A DNA stretch of 64,000 bases from Podarcis filfolensis (Eukaryota). The position numbers and the translations under genes are program-made. Positions 1-13,341 of this stretch are shown piece after piece. The DNA is taken from assembly GCA_964270895.1 (NCBI GenBank), contig OZ185438.1. The stretch is one strand, 5' to 3'. Numbering within the stretch: position 1 is the first letter of the stretch; every line of letters begins with the position of its first letter. Below the pieces are notes generated by a model, which had not been told where the DNA came from, searched no databases, and was given only the letters and a program-made list of their open reading frames with translations.

Positions 1-62
1 ACAGTTCAGTGGAGGGAGAACAGAATGTGGATGTTAAGGAATATATTTACATATTTCAACAG

Positions 63-215
63 GCTGGTACAACAGACTCTTCATAAACTTTGCCCTGAGG
101 AGACATATTTTCTTTTTTGTACTACAATCCTATTTCCCATCTATGCTGATGGTGATGCTGTCATGGGTCTCATTTTGGATCGACCGAAGAGCTGTTCCTG
201 CAAGGGTATCACTAG
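63..215 (+). CDS. GABRR3: GABA-A receptor rho3 subunit, internal exon (end of extracellular domain, M1, start of M2)
   Basis: AG at 61-62 and GTAAG at 216; 153 bp; reads WYNRLFINFALRRHIFFFVLQSYFPSMLMVMLSWVSFWIDRRAVPARVSLG, typical of rho subunits. Confidence 0.95.
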
Positions 216-889
216 GTAAGCTCTCATATGAATATATTTAGGGTATGATGGAAAATACGTTGTAGCAATTGGCTCGTGTTGGCTTTATAGGTAGTTCACA
301 GAAGTATATAATCATTATCTTACTCTTCCTACATTATCTAACACTTATTTCATTTCTGGTAGAAGGAATTTAAGTGTGCTTTGCCTAGTTTTGCTATACC
401 CCAAGTTGTTCATTAATCATAAAGAGCTGTGAGATGCAGCAGTGTGAGAGGAAAGGTAGGCGGGGAACTGTCTGGAGAGTTAATTAACTCAACTCAGCAT
501 TTCTTGTGAAATCATCTGTCCTGGAGGGAGATTTCACTTTTCCTTTGCGTGAAAGAAATGGCTGACCTGGGCAATAAACCCATACTTATTAGCTTAGTCA
601 TAAGTGACAAAGTGGTAGAAAATGTTTTTTACTATGTACTTTGTACTATGTACAAGTTGCAGGCATTTTCTATGTATGTGAGGTGGTACAATGTACCAAT
701 GTTTGTGCTCACATGCATGTCAGTACATACTGTCAAGTGGCAGCAACTAGGAACCTCATGGTTGGTGAGCTGAGTCTGTGTGAGCTCTAAATCTGAAGCC
801 TTGGTGGCAGAAGGGAAGAGCAACGTGCAGCATCAGCCCTGATGGCAGCTGAAACAGAAAGCCTCTCAACTGGCCAAATCTGGTATTTG

Positions 890-1077
890 AGTAAGAGCTG
901 TTCGACAGTGGAATTTGCTGCCAAGGAGTGTGGTGGAGTCTCCTTCTTTGGAGGTCTTTAAGCAGAGGCTTGACAACCATATGTCAGGAGTGCTCTGATG
1001 GTGTTTCCTGCTTGGCAGGGGGTTGGACTCGATGGCCCTTGTGGTCTCTTCCAACTCTATGATTCTATGATTCTATG
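890..1077 (+). mobile_element. CR1 LINE 3' fragment
   Basis: Ends in (ATTCTATG)n octamer tail; identical by eye to the 3' end of the CR1 at 13342-15095. Confidence 0.93.
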
Positions 1078-1082
1078 GTATA

Positions 1083-1608
1083 CCGTACTTTTCCATCTAT
1101 AAGATGCCCCCATGTATAAGATGACCCCTATTTTGGGGGACTATAATTTAAGAAAATGGGGGGAGATGGCTATATTACCAGAGTTGCTAAGCTTTTGGGG
1201 GGGATTGCTTTTGGGAAGGATTGCGCAGTTTTTTGGGGGGAAATGCAGAAAATAACTAACCCCAAAGACAAGAGCTCAGAATTGCTCGCGTCACAGAATC
1301 TGACAAACGTCTGCCTGTTTGCAAACACAAGCCGGGAACTGAACACACAATTGCCGCGATGGCAGCCAATCCAAGGCAGCCCTTGATGCAGCAACCAAAC
1401 TTCCGCCCAATTAACGCAGGAGCAGCCAATCCAAGGCAGCCCTTGGCGCAGCCAAAAATCACACACCAAAACGCCACTTACAAGCTGCAGCTCATGGCTG
1501 CAACCAATCACCTGGTCCCCTAATGTACTGCCTTTGTATTAGACGAGCCCAGTTTTTAAACACTATTTTGGATTAAAAAACCCTTGTCTAATACACGGAA
1601 AAGTACGG
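1083..1608. mobile_element. Tc1/mariner (Tc2-like) non-autonomous element
   Basis: TIR CCGTACTTTTCC...GGAAAAGTACGG, TA on both sides; internal duplication of gcagccaatccaaggcagcccttg. Confidence 0.85.
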
Positions 1609-1646
1609 TAAAGACTACATGTCTGGAAGCGAACAACTTTCTACTA

Positions 1647-1871
1647 CAGTGGTACCTCGGGTTACAGATGCTTCAGGTTACAGACTCCGCTAACCCAGAA
1701 ATAGTACCTCGGGTTAAGAACTTTGCTTCAGGATGAGAACAGAAATCATGTGGCGGCGGCATGGCAGCAGTGGGAGGCCCCATTAGTAAAGTGGTACCTC
1801 AGGTTAAGAACAGTTTCAGGTTAAGAATGGACCTCCGGAACAAATTAAGTTCTTAACCCGAGGTACCACTG
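1647..1871. mobile_element. Tc1/mariner (pogo/Tigger-like) MITE
   Basis: TA-CAGTGGTACCTCGGGTTA...TAACCCGAGGTACCACTG-TA. Confidence 0.9.
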
Positions 1872-3404
1872 TATCTGAAACTGTGGGTGGTTAACCGAGA
1901 GTCAGGTAATTAATCTGGGCAACATGGTTTCAGATGCTTACAAAACCTTACGTTATGAGGCAAACTAGTCAATACATTAAATGTGTGATCATATTTGCAT
2001 ATCATTAATTATTTTAAAAAGCAACTGGTGGGAGGGGGACATGAACCTGGACTGTGAAGTGGGGGGTTAACCATCTCTTCCTGTACTATTTCTCCACAAA
2101 AGTAATCACCCTGGAGCTACCATCTGCCCTGGAAGGGAAGCTGCTCATATAGCATCTTCCCTTGTGGGTCAAAAAGCTTAGAGGGATTGTCATTGAGAAA
2201 AATGATGCAGGGGAAGGGTTAACCCTCACAGGTACATCATTTGGTGGACATCTCCCTAGAACATATGAAAATCAGCAGTCCTTTTAATTTTTTAAAAGAA
2301 AGACCTAATATAAAAGGATACATTTTATGAACCTAACAAATAATATATGTTTTCTACTTAAATTATTCATCACTACATAGGAACCATGCTACTTAACCCC
2401 TTTCTCCCCTGCCGCCCCTTCAAGGATCAATGTGGCTAATGTTGAAAAGCATGTTCTTTAATGGGTATTAATACCCTGTTCTGAGAACCACTGTTTCACC
2501 ATATCTTCACCTAGAATCAGGCCATATTTAATTGCTAGAGATTTAAAAGGGAATGGTTGATTTCTCATTACTCATTCTAACTAACTGAGCAGTATTCCAA
2601 GAAACTGAATTTGTGGTGTCTTGCTTCTTACTTAAGGGATACCCTTGAGGGCCATAGGTTAAAAAAAACCCCAAACATACAGAGTTTGTTAAAATATCCA
2701 TTAAAGAACTATGCTTTTAAAGTAGAAAAATAACTTCTTTAAAATTAATATTTTATTATTATAAAACAAAAGCATAACAAATACAGTTAGGAGATACACA
2801 GGAAAGAATAAATGTGGAAAACTAACAGTAATTATATTAAATAGGTAGTAAAGAAAATCCATGTTGAGTTTTATCAGGTAGCAGTAAGATTCCTTCAAAG
2901 AGAAGGGATATTTTGTTCTAAAAGGTGACAAGAGGACTTATAAGAAAATGAAAGCCAGAATAGTCTTGACATCGTATTTGCCTGGGATTTGCAGCTTGGC
3001 TGAAAACCTGGCCCTTCTACACTGGAAATATGAGGCTTCCTTGACTCTGCATGTTGCTCCTCTGAGAAAAATGGAGCTTGGAAACATCTTTCAAGGGGAA
3101 AGATAGGTGCAACTCTAATGTTTTCTGTAAAAGAGCACTTAAAGGCTTGGGAAAGACATTGTCCTCACTAACCTTGTGTTGCCACTGAGCCTTGTACGTG
3201 GGTTGAAATCTGGTACCACCACCACAAATCCTGGGGACTCAATTCAATTATTTGTCAGTTGATATTTATATATGTCATGTGCTGATAGAGGAAGGAAGTT
3301 AGGGGGCACCAACCATTTGTAAACACATTATTACTGTGCATATTTTTGCAAAATGCAAGACCTTATTGATGCTGTCCCTTCATCTTTTCTCTCTCTCCTG
3401 GCAG

Positions 3405-3601
3405 GTATAACTACTGTGCTGACAATGTCAACCATAATCACAGGAGTAAGTGCCTCAATGCCTCAGGTGTCTTATATCAAAGCCGTGGATGTATACTTAT
3501 GGATCAGCTTTCTCTTTGTCTTCCTGTCTGTCATTGAATATGCAGCTGTAAATTATCTCACAACAGTGGAAGAAAGAAAACAGCTGAAAAAGAGAGGAAA
3601 G
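3405..3601 (+). CDS. GABRR3: GABA-A receptor rho3, penultimate exon (M2, M3, start of intracellular loop)
   Basis: Polypyrimidine tract and CAG at 3402-3404; GT at 3602; 197 bp; (G)ITTVLTMSTIITGVSASMPQVSYIKAVDVYLWISFLFVFLSVIEYAAVNYLTTVEERKQLKKRGK; phase matches the previous exon. Confidence 0.95.
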
Positions 3602-4029
3602 GTATACACTTGCTTGTGTTCTAGTCACAGAAAACACTATTGCTTGTGATGTCTGTGCTGTGATTTGTGTTTCACAGTCCTTAGGCATTTGGGAAGCCTG
3701 TTAAAATGGAGTCTGTTCTTGCATTGTGTTCTAGAACTCCATTATTTCACCAAGCCTTAACCAAGGATTGCCTGCTTCTCAAACTCCAGTATTACAGTTA
3801 AACTCTTTTCTTTGTTAACTTCTGTAGTCTAGCCTTCAGCCAGATGGTGCTAAGGTCGGCTAACAACAAAAGTAAAAGAAAATATTATAATAAATATATT
3901 TATAAATGTATAAATACATATTTCTAAATAAAATTAAAATACTTAGAAAAATATATAAAACCAAGGCAGGAAGAACATCATTACAGTCAATAAAAACCAC
4001 AAGTTAAAAACATCAGTTCAGCTTATGGA

Positions 4030-4430
4030 CCTATTTAAATAAAAATGTAATTGACTGCTGATGGAAGATCATTAGAGGTCTCACTTGGCAAGGAATTCCA
4101 GAGGCTAAGAGCAGTTACCAAGAAGACTACCTCTTTCCCACCAAATGTCCCTCGGATGTAAGCAGATAAAAGGAAGGGCCTCTCCCGAGAAACTTAAAAT
4201 CTTGACAGCCTCATATTGGAGAATACAGTCTTTCAGGTAATCTGGTCTCAAGTTGTGCTGGACAGTGTAGATCATAGCTAGAACTTTCAGTTATGCTTCA
4301 AAATGGACTGGGCCAGTGAAACTGTTGTAAGTCCAGTTGCAGCATTCTGAAGCAGTTCAAGTTTCCACTCTTCAAAGGCAGCCGCATGTAGAGCATGTTA
4401 CAATATTCCAAAGACAACAAAGCACTCATT
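4030..4430 (-). mobile_element. Degraded L2-type LINE fragment in the last GABRR3 intron
   Basis: Reverse-complement similarity to the L2 3' fragments at 18290 and 20311. Confidence 0.55.
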
Positions 4431-4563
4431 GGTGTCACTTGTGAAAACATCCTTGTTGCTGATAGCCTTCTGTTAAAACTGTTTCCTGTATGCGGGATTA
4501 AAAAGAAGAATCACTTGTTCTTCAGTCATTTTATTTAACCAGTAATTGTTCCTTTTTTCCTAG

Positions 4564-4869
4564 GCTGCTGGATTGTATAATATTGATGCAGTGCAAGCAA
4601 TGGCCTTTGATGGCTGCTATCACGACACAGACACCACTGACATTGACCTGACCACCTTTTCAGTCGCTTCTGAAGAAAGTTCAACACGAGGGCAGGCACC
4701 CACCACCCCCACTCTAGATGCAGCTCGCATCAAGAGGAAGAGATCCTTGAAAGGGAATGTGGGCAGGATTATTTTGCAGAACAATCATGCCATTGACACA
4801 TACTCCAGGGTTATATTTCCTACTGTATATATTGTATTCAACTTTTTTTACTGGGGTTTGTATATATGA
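4564..4869 (+). CDS. GABRR3: GABA-A receptor rho3, last coding exon (loop, M4, stop)
   Basis: TAG acceptor at 4561-4563; AAGLYNIDAVQAMAFDGCYHD...RIKRKRSLKGNVGRIILQNNHAIDTYSRVIFPTVYIVFNFFYWGLYI*; YNIDAVQAMAFDGCY is rho3-like; synteny with RIOX2. Confidence 0.93.
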   Translation, partial: AAGLYNIDAVQAMAFDGCYHDTDTTDIDLTTFSVASEESSTRGQAPTTPTLDAARIKRKRSLKGNVGRIILQNNHAIDTYSRVIFPTVYIVFNFFYWGLYI

Positions 4870-7027
4870 ATGATTATAACTGATATATTTTTCATATGAG
4901 CACACCAGAAATGCATAGTAAAATACACATGCCATGATCTGTGTAAGCAGAGATGCTTTAGAGTTTGAACAAGAGATTCTGGTACCCAAATAACAGGTTT
5001 TTCTCCCTGCTTGCAAAATCTATTATCTAAAATGGAAGTCCCAATGGCTCTGAGTTTGTTATGCACTCTGGGCTATTATTCCTAAATGATTATAGGTGGT
5101 TTAAAGCTAGTTTGTATGACAGCAGTGTAAAATACCTATTTCTGCTGTGTGATGCACAGGATTGGTAGTTATGCAGCTTCCCACAACGCAGCCCTCTAGC
5201 TTACAGAACTATTTTAAAGCTGCCAAGAGTGGCTAGACCTACACCATACAACACCTAAATCTTCCCTCCTCTGCCAACGTTGCCCACCACTCCCACCTAT
5301 GATCCAGACTAGTGTTATACACTCAGCACTAGGATCTTTCTCTGAATGATTTCACTCTTCACATTGCTTCTTGCTTACTTAAAAAAATATAAAGCTCAGT
5401 AGCCTTCATTCTTGGATGATTGAAGCTGACTAGGAGCTGACTTTGGAAGCTGACTAGGAGCAAAATTAGACCTGGTGCTGGAGAACCTAACCATAGACTG
5501 CCTGAGTTGTTATAATAGCAGCTGGCATTCTATCCAGTCATTGGAAGGTGCACGTAGTGGAATAACCACAGATAATCAGTTTTAATTGAAGGCTCACAAC
5601 AGGAAACTATGGTAGAAATCTCTGAAATAGTAACTACTATAAATGCTATTCTGCTCAATTTAATTAAGGCCAAGTAATTTCAGTCACTGCCATATCTGTA
5701 AAAAATATGGTGGCAGCCAGCAGTAGCTTTACAGTCCAGTCCAATGCATGTTTACTCCAAAATTAGCTCCAATTCTTTCATTGGGACATTATTCCATATA
5801 GGTATACATAGGACTGCACTCAAAACTACACATTGCATGTATTCTCTTCTGGACCAAAGCAATCTAGGGAGACTGCAAGTTTAAGTGAAAAATGGCAGGC
5901 ATAGTTATATAGGGGCTATTTAACCCTTCTTCCTCTGATTATTTTTCCATTCCAATTATCTCAAGTGTTTTTTTCAAAGGGTGGGGGCACATCCAGGAAA
6001 TTATACATGAATATGTGTCCTGTCGTGTTTGATTAGTTAACTGAGGAACTCTCCCATTATGCTACAAACTGGATCAATTTCCTCAAAGAATAAATACTGG
6101 CCCTTAAAAAGGTCATAAGGAGGCTGCAAGCACCTGTCGCTAAGTAGGGAGAAATTTTACAAAACATGTGAACCCCAGATGTAAAGTGGAAGATTCTATG
6201 GTTTTTTACATTTAAGTTCTTGTGAACCTCTTATCTCCTTGACATCTCTTTGAAAACCATGCCGGAATTTTTTCTCTTTCTTGCTTCTGAGCCAAGTCAA
6301 AGATCCCATATAAGGTATTAATCATATAATATATATCAGAATAGAACTGCTATTAAGTTTAACCAAATTAATTGCAACTTTCCTATTCTTTGGGCTCACC
6401 CATCCATACCTTTGCTCCGTGCTTTCTAGGTCCAGGTCCAGGCTTTCCATGGAAAACCCAATTGACATTTGCTCCTATTCAGCAGTAAAACGCACGCCTT
6501 GCTGGGTAAAGCACTGGGACAAAGGAAACACACCATACACACACAAACACAGACCTGGAAAGTTGAGAGCTGTGCCTAGAAACATGGCATAATGTTGCAG
6601 GGTAACAATAAAATGAAGTGTGGATGAACGCTTTGTTGCAGTCACTGTATCACACCCGCAGGAGCACTCCCATTCATTGTAATGGAACTACTCTAGGGAA
6701 AATGGTTTGTAGGTTTGCACTTCTGATTAATGTTTTATAATTTTGCAATTCAATGTGCAGTATGGAAATATCTGTTGATAAAAATATAAAAATATATGCA
6801 AGTAGTCGGTTAAAATAAAGATTTTCTTTTAAAAAAGAAGGCATTCTCTGGAGTGTGCATTTTTCCTGATGGTAGGAGGAACTGAGCTCCCTGTTTAGAA
6901 AAGGGTGCTTGCCTAGAATCTCACCAGTTGTGAATTTATTTTTTACACTTCCAGCAACTACCCTTATAGTGAGAATATTAACCATTTATCACACACCAGT
7001 CTCAGCTGTGCCTCATTCCCAGAAACT

Positions 7028-7132
7028 GGGGTGGCGTGCAGGATTATTTTCCATGGGCGTGGGGGGGCAGTAAAACAATAGAAATACTTAACTGACCAAT
7101 CACTGCCCCCCCAAAGTCCTGGCTACGCCCCC
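7028..7132. mobile_element. Small MITE-like palindrome just upstream of the CpG island
   Basis: GGGGTGGCGTGCAGGA...TCCTGGCTACGCCCC imperfect inverted ends. Confidence 0.5.
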
Positions 7133-7299
7133 GTTTTCTTTTGCGAAACTCCAAACTGTCTCCTTGTTATGCCGAAAGCGACACTTTTAATAACAGCACA
7201 GAGTTATCATCGCATTATACAACTTAATTGCTGTGGCTTCTTTTTGTGCAGTTTTAGCCTTTGCCTGATGCTCCTGCAACGCCCTTTTCGCAGTGATAA

Positions 7300-8850
7300 G
7301 TGTGTATTATCTCAGGTGCGTACAACAGGCGTAGGCGTGCGTGAGGGACGAAAAAAACAAAAGGGAGCTAAGGCGCTCTTCTCTCCTACCCCGCCCACAG
7401 CCTTTAAAAATCTCATTACGAGCGTCTCCCCTTCGCATAGCTCGTTCCTTTGTGGCAGAAATACAACCGGTGCAGAGAGAGAGCGCGCGCGCTCACACCC
7501 CTGAGCCTAAAGGGGGTGCAGTGTGAAGGCTGCGCTTTCCCTGCGCGTCCGCACGGCGGCTAAACCGGCACAAAGGAACACTTCCTAACGCCGCCACCAC
7601 AAGAAAGCGCTTATTTCCGCAACCGCTCCGCCTTGCTGTTTGGGAGGCGGGCAAAAAGCAACAAGTCTCCCGCGATAGGAGAGAGGCAGGCGGGTGGGAG
7701 GGAGGAGAAGGGAAGGAAGGCGACTCTCCCTCCTCCCGCACAGGAAGCGCGCAGAGGGGCAGCTTCTGCTCACGCTGCAACGCACGTGTCACTCTCCGCG
7801 CGCCTAAGCAGGTCGGTATAAAGCGAGGGGCGGCTGCCCGAAGAGCACCTGCGGGTCTCCCCACCCTCCGCCACAGAAATGGCTCCGCTCCCTGCTTCTC
7901 CGTCTTCTATTGCAGTGTGAGGCGAGGCCGGCCATGCTCTTCCTGGGCAGCACGCCCAATCCAGCAGCCTAACCCCACAGCAACGTGGTAACTTGCACCT
8001 AGTCGCCGCTGCTAATGCACCGTCAGCACTGGGTATCTTTATGGCCGTTTCCCGATGTGCTGCAAATCTACAACACCCCCCCCCCACCCGCTACCATTAA
8101 GAAGAGCAGCTCCTGCCGCGCCGCGTGATTCTCGGCCGGCTCTTTGCTTATCTTTGGTAGCCGCCGCTGCTTCATTTCTTTGAAAATTCCCGTTTTGGAA
8201 GCCTAGCCTAAGCTTTTGCATGAATTCCAAGGAGGGTGATTGAAATGCACGTCCCTTCGACTTTCTGCTGGGATCCAGTTAGGAATGCTGCCGGTGCACG
8301 TGGATATTGGCGCGAGGGGCTCGAATACGCTGCCAATTTGCCGCTGCTCTTGTGGGCAAGTTCCCTTGTGCCGCTAAGAGAAAAGGATGCAGTTGGGAAA
8401 ACCTTTGGGTTTTTTAAGGCGAGGGGAGGAGGTTTTCTGCGGGGCATGAGAACAAGAGGGTCTGCTGTGTGGAAGGAGGTGGGCCTCCTCCACAGAGCAG
8501 TCGCTTTCCCTCCTTATTTGGGGATGGGGAACCTGAGGCCTCCAGATATTGCTGGAGTTAACACAAGGAGAGCGCTCTTGCCCTCGGACTCTGCATCTGG
8601 TCGGCCACTGAGAGAACAGAATACAGTGGTACCTCTGGTTGTGAACGGGATCCATTCCGGAGGCCCGTTCACAACCTGAAAAGAACGCAACCCGCGTCTG
8701 CACGTGCACGGGTCGTGATTTGCCGCTTCTGCACATGTGCGTAACGTCATTTTGTGTGTCTGCGCACGAGCAAGCGGTGAAACCCGGAAATAACCCTTTC
8801 CGGTACTTCCGGGTCGCCGCGGGACGCAACCTGAAAACGCGCAACCTGAA
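7300..8850. promoter_or_regulatory. RIOX2: CpG island / RIOX2 promoter and 5' region
   Basis: Sharp rise in GC and CpG against the AT-rich flanks; CACGTG at 7783-7788 and 8297-8302, TATAAA at 7817-7822, GGGCGG GC boxes; lies about 3 kb upstream of the first RIOX2 coding exon. Confidence 0.8.
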
Positions 8851-8875
8851 GCAAATGTAACATGAGGTATGACTC
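8624..8875. mobile_element. pogo/Tigger-like MITE, CpG-rich subfamily
   Basis: TA-CAGTGGTACCTC...GAGGTATGACTC-TA; related to the copy at 52371. Confidence 0.85.
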
Positions 8876-8877
8876 TA

Positions 8878-9103
8878 CAGTGGTACCTCGGGTTAAGAGC
8901 TTAATTTGTTCTGGAGGTCCGTTCTTAACCTGAAACTGTTCTTAACCTGAAGCACCACTTTAGCTAATGGGGCCTCCTCCTGCTGCTGCGCCACCGCTGC
9001 ACGATTTCTGTTCTCATCATGAAGCAAAGTTATTAACCCGAGGTACTATTTCTGGGTTAGTGGAGTATGTAACCTGAAGCGTCTATAATCCGAGGTACCA
9101 CTG
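8878..9103. mobile_element. pogo/Tigger-like MITE abutting the previous one
   Basis: TA-CAGTGGTACCTCGGGTTA...CGAGGTACCACTG-TA; inverted homolog of 1647-1871. Confidence 0.9.
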
Positions 9104-11258
9104 TAGTGGATTACTGTACATGGGCTTTGGCTGGAACCAGCATACTCTAGGTTCCTACCTTCTTCATGCCCATCAGCTCCAGCCAGCCTCATCAGTAGTC
9201 AAGTATTATGGAAAATGCACATCCAACAAAATCGTGGGGTACGTGCTGTAAGTTCCCCAACTCCCCTTAAATAAACTATTCTGCTTACTTGGTTATGAAC
9301 AAATTGATTTGAATCGCTGTGGAGATAGCTACCATTGCTTGGATATTTATGACTATGCTGTGGAAAATAGGGGTACATGTGTTACCTATCCCGTGTCACA
9401 GTTCAAATGTCAGCTCAGCAGTGAGACTGCTATGTGGTCTTCTGCAAGTACATTCACCCATTTGCAATATGGTGCAACAAGACATCTTAATTGCAAGGTT
9501 TACTGAAATGATGTATACAAAATGCATACTCTTCATTGGAGCTAAGTAGACCTGGGCTTGATCAGTGCTTGGACTGGACTAAACAGACTGAATTCTGGGA
9601 TGGAATAAGGGTGGCAAATAAATATACTAATAAAGTTCTTTGAACATGAAAAGTGCTGTATAAATTGGTAAGAATCACATGCTGCTGTTTTTGGAAAGGG
9701 CTGAGTGTTGCTTATTCTGAAATAGCTCATTTCCAAATACTGCACAGTAGTGATGCGCATCCTTAGCTTGTTAATGTTTTGATTGGGCCTCCTCAAAGAT
9801 TTGCAAGGAAACATTATTGCTGTCTCCTTTCTCCCTCCCTATTTTACATTTGCATCTGTCTGTTCCTGTTAACCCCATTTTCCTGCAGCTTTTAAGTAGG
9901 TTTAAACGCAGGGGGACATAAAGTGGTACCCATTAAAATATTTAGTTTAAGATGTAGCGGAACGGAAAATGAACTAATGTTTAATGAATTACCTTGCCTG
10001 CCCAGGGGACCACATAGGTTACTAAATGGTGCAATGGTAATGTGTGCATAATATCTTTGAGCTCCAAAATCTCAACATGCTTTCCATGATGTGTTTCTGT
10101 GGCATTGTTAACGCTACTCCCTAGCTGAAACCAGCTGCTAACAAGCAGGCAAGTGTTCTCCCAGCAGAGAGAATGGGAGGGTGGATTGAGGACATCAGGC
10201 AATTGCCATTGTCACAGAAAATGTCATGGGATCTCTGGGACTCAAAACAGAGCAGAATTTTAAAAGCTTTATTTTAAAACTAACATGCATGCAATCTGAT
10301 AATGGAGGCTTGATGAGCTGAGGTGACCCTGCTGAGATGTGATTAAGTTTTTCCAGAAAGCCTGTGTTTTGAAAACCTAGAAGAGGAGCTGTTAGCTGCA
10401 TTAGGAAAAAAATGCTAAAGGGAATATCTCATGCAGAAGCAAACCAGTTAAGACTAATCTATGTGTACATGTACATCACCCAGTGTCTTCTCAATCTGTA
10501 TTTGCCTCTGGAAAAGAACAGAGTTTCCAGTTAGCTGACTTTCATATATGTAGTATGAGATAATTTTGACATATTTTAATAAGGTGATACTGACTTGCCC
10601 TTAAATATACATATTTGGTGTAGATTCATTGAGCTATCATCATCAGTTCAGACCTAATGAATGTATATGTGAAGTTAAGGGGTTTTTTTTGTCTTACGTG
10701 TATCACTGTACATTGTTTGAATTGAATTGTATTTGCCATTTTACCACTCTCAGTTTGAAAAGGTCCTTTTGGCACTCTTCACAATCTCTTTGTTTTAAAG
10801 ACCTTGAGCAATTTAATAGGTGCAAACATGGCCACCCCTTTTGATGGTCCAATCCTTAGCAGGCTTACCCAGGCTGCAGTTCTGTGCACGCATAGGAGTG
10901 TGATTGAACTTGGTCTTACCTCAGACATAGGGCTCCTCCCCCCGTTTATTCATCATTTATCCTGATTTGCTTGCACAAAGCTTACTTGGAGGTTAGATTA
11001 TATCTGGTCTTTTTGAGCATTTGTTCATGGGACAGTTGTACAATGTGCATTCATCCTGATTCACTTCCAAGGTGTTTACACTTCCAGTTAATCATTCATT
11101 CACCCCACACTTTTCAGTGCATTTTCCTCTCACTTTCCTAACTGCTACAAGTCTGTTTTGTTGTTGTTTTTAAGTGGATACCTTGCGCTAGGGTAACAGT
11201 GCCTTAATCCACTTTAATTGCATCAAGCTAAAGTTGAATTTCTTCTGCAAAATAATGA

Positions 11259-11735
<477 letters not shown>

Positions 11736-12513
11736 TGATCCATCAGGTGTCTGTTGTTGTTGGTTGCTTTTGGAGTTTTAATCTGGGATTCTGGAAATTT
11801 AGGGAGTAGTCTGCTGCTATGAGCCTGTCCTCTCTTACAATCAGCTGTTGCCAACCTGGATTGAAGAGTCCAGGGACACTGCTAAACTGACTGAGAAGCC
11901 ATAAATTACTCCGTTTTTATATTGTTTGTTGTATATCTGTCCTAATTGGTAAACAGCCTATTCCCAAGCAAATGCATAACAATATATTGCTTTTGGATAG
12001 TTCTGTTACTTAAAACATCCTCTGGTACGTTTGCTTTTAACATTGGCTTGACTTTAGAAAATTGGGGAAACGATACAATTTAAGCTTAAACTTACTTGGT
12101 TCATTTTTCTGTACTCAAAGGGGGTACCACTGAGTGCCAATCTTGCAGAAAACATGGGCTCTTTAAGAACTACGATGATGATGTAAAACCAGTATTTCTA
12201 GTGTAGAAGAATGAATGATTCAGGATGTCCTTTTGAGTCTTTAGGAGGGAAAAGTCACCTTTGGAAGAGGTGAGTGAATGCCAGTTAGAAAGTAGTATTC
12301 CTTTTGAGTACGAACTACAGATTGTTTTCAGGAGAATTCCCTTACAGAATCATGATTAAAGTATAACAGGTGGGACCAAAAATAAAATAAAATGTTGCAG
12401 TGTGGTCTAACTGGCCTAGTCTTTCAGGGCATTCTGTGCCATTTCTGTCCCCTCCTCTGCCCCAGGTTTTCTGACACACACACATCTGTCTAGCATTTTG
12501 TAGCTCCTGAGCA

Positions 12514-12578
12514 TTGTTGTTGTTTAGTCGTGTCCGACTCTTCGTGACCCCATGGACCAGAGCACGCCAGGCACTCCT
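12514..12578 (-). mobile_element. Bov-B 3' tip
   Basis: ttgttgttgtttagtcgtgtccgactc...ggaccagagcacgccaggcactcc is the reverse complement of the 3' end of the 35399 copy. Confidence 0.85.
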
Positions 12579-13341
12579 TCTTTAGTCTGTGCTTATTAGA
12601 CCACTAGGGATTTTTTCTCTCTTCTTGCTTCAGCAAACTTAGGGATTCCCCTGAGGATGCTAACTCAAAAGACACCCTGAACCATTCTCATTTGTACACT
12701 AGAAATACTGGTTTTATATCATCATTGGATTATCTGATACGTAAATTATATGATAATAATTGCTGTTGGGTAAAGAAGTGTAACATATGATGAGCGGGAA
12801 CAAGATACATATAGAGTACAAAGAATTACTTTTTGTTTGCTATTCAAATTCAATTTGTGTATTATGGAATTAAGACAGTGCATGAGAATATTCTATAAAC
12901 TCAGTGTTTCATACCCCAGTAGCCTATTTTTTGAAATGAAGCGATGAGCCCTTAAAAAAAATCTGTATAATGAAGTTACTAAACAAATAGATTTATAAGG
13001 AAACACTGCAGTTAATGTGTTAGTGCCTGAGCTTGTGCAAGCTGCTTCTACTTGATTTTTGCAGATTCCCTGCTCCCACTATACTATAGTCTTCCATGCC
13101 ACACATCCAAGGCCTTTCCTGACAGTGGAGAGTGGAGTGGAGAGTCAGGGGATGTCTGTGGTTGGAAAAGCTTCATTGAGTAAGCAGACATAGGCTTGCA
13201 CAACTCGCTTCATTTCAATAAAAGTAACTTTATTTGAAGGGAAAGCAAAAAGGAGCAGTGATTTGGTTGGCTGGAAGGAATGGCCCAGCAACACTATGCA
13301 GAACAGGATTTAGTTTTATATTGTTACCCGTATAAGTGGCT

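Noticed and set aside
3602-3649. Read-through of the GABRR3 penultimate exon past a weak GTATAC donor, giving an M4-less receptor
   Set aside because: Only 15 extra codons; any weak donor gives this; no supporting signal
5424-5461. Short direct repeat gaagctgactaggagc x2 downstream of the GABRR3 stop
   Set aside because: A simple local duplication; no array or spacer structure, so not CRISPR-like
8236-8844. 147-aa and 156-aa ORFs in the CpG island
   Set aside because: GC-rich, stop-poor sequence that partly runs through MITEs; no recognisable domain or splice context
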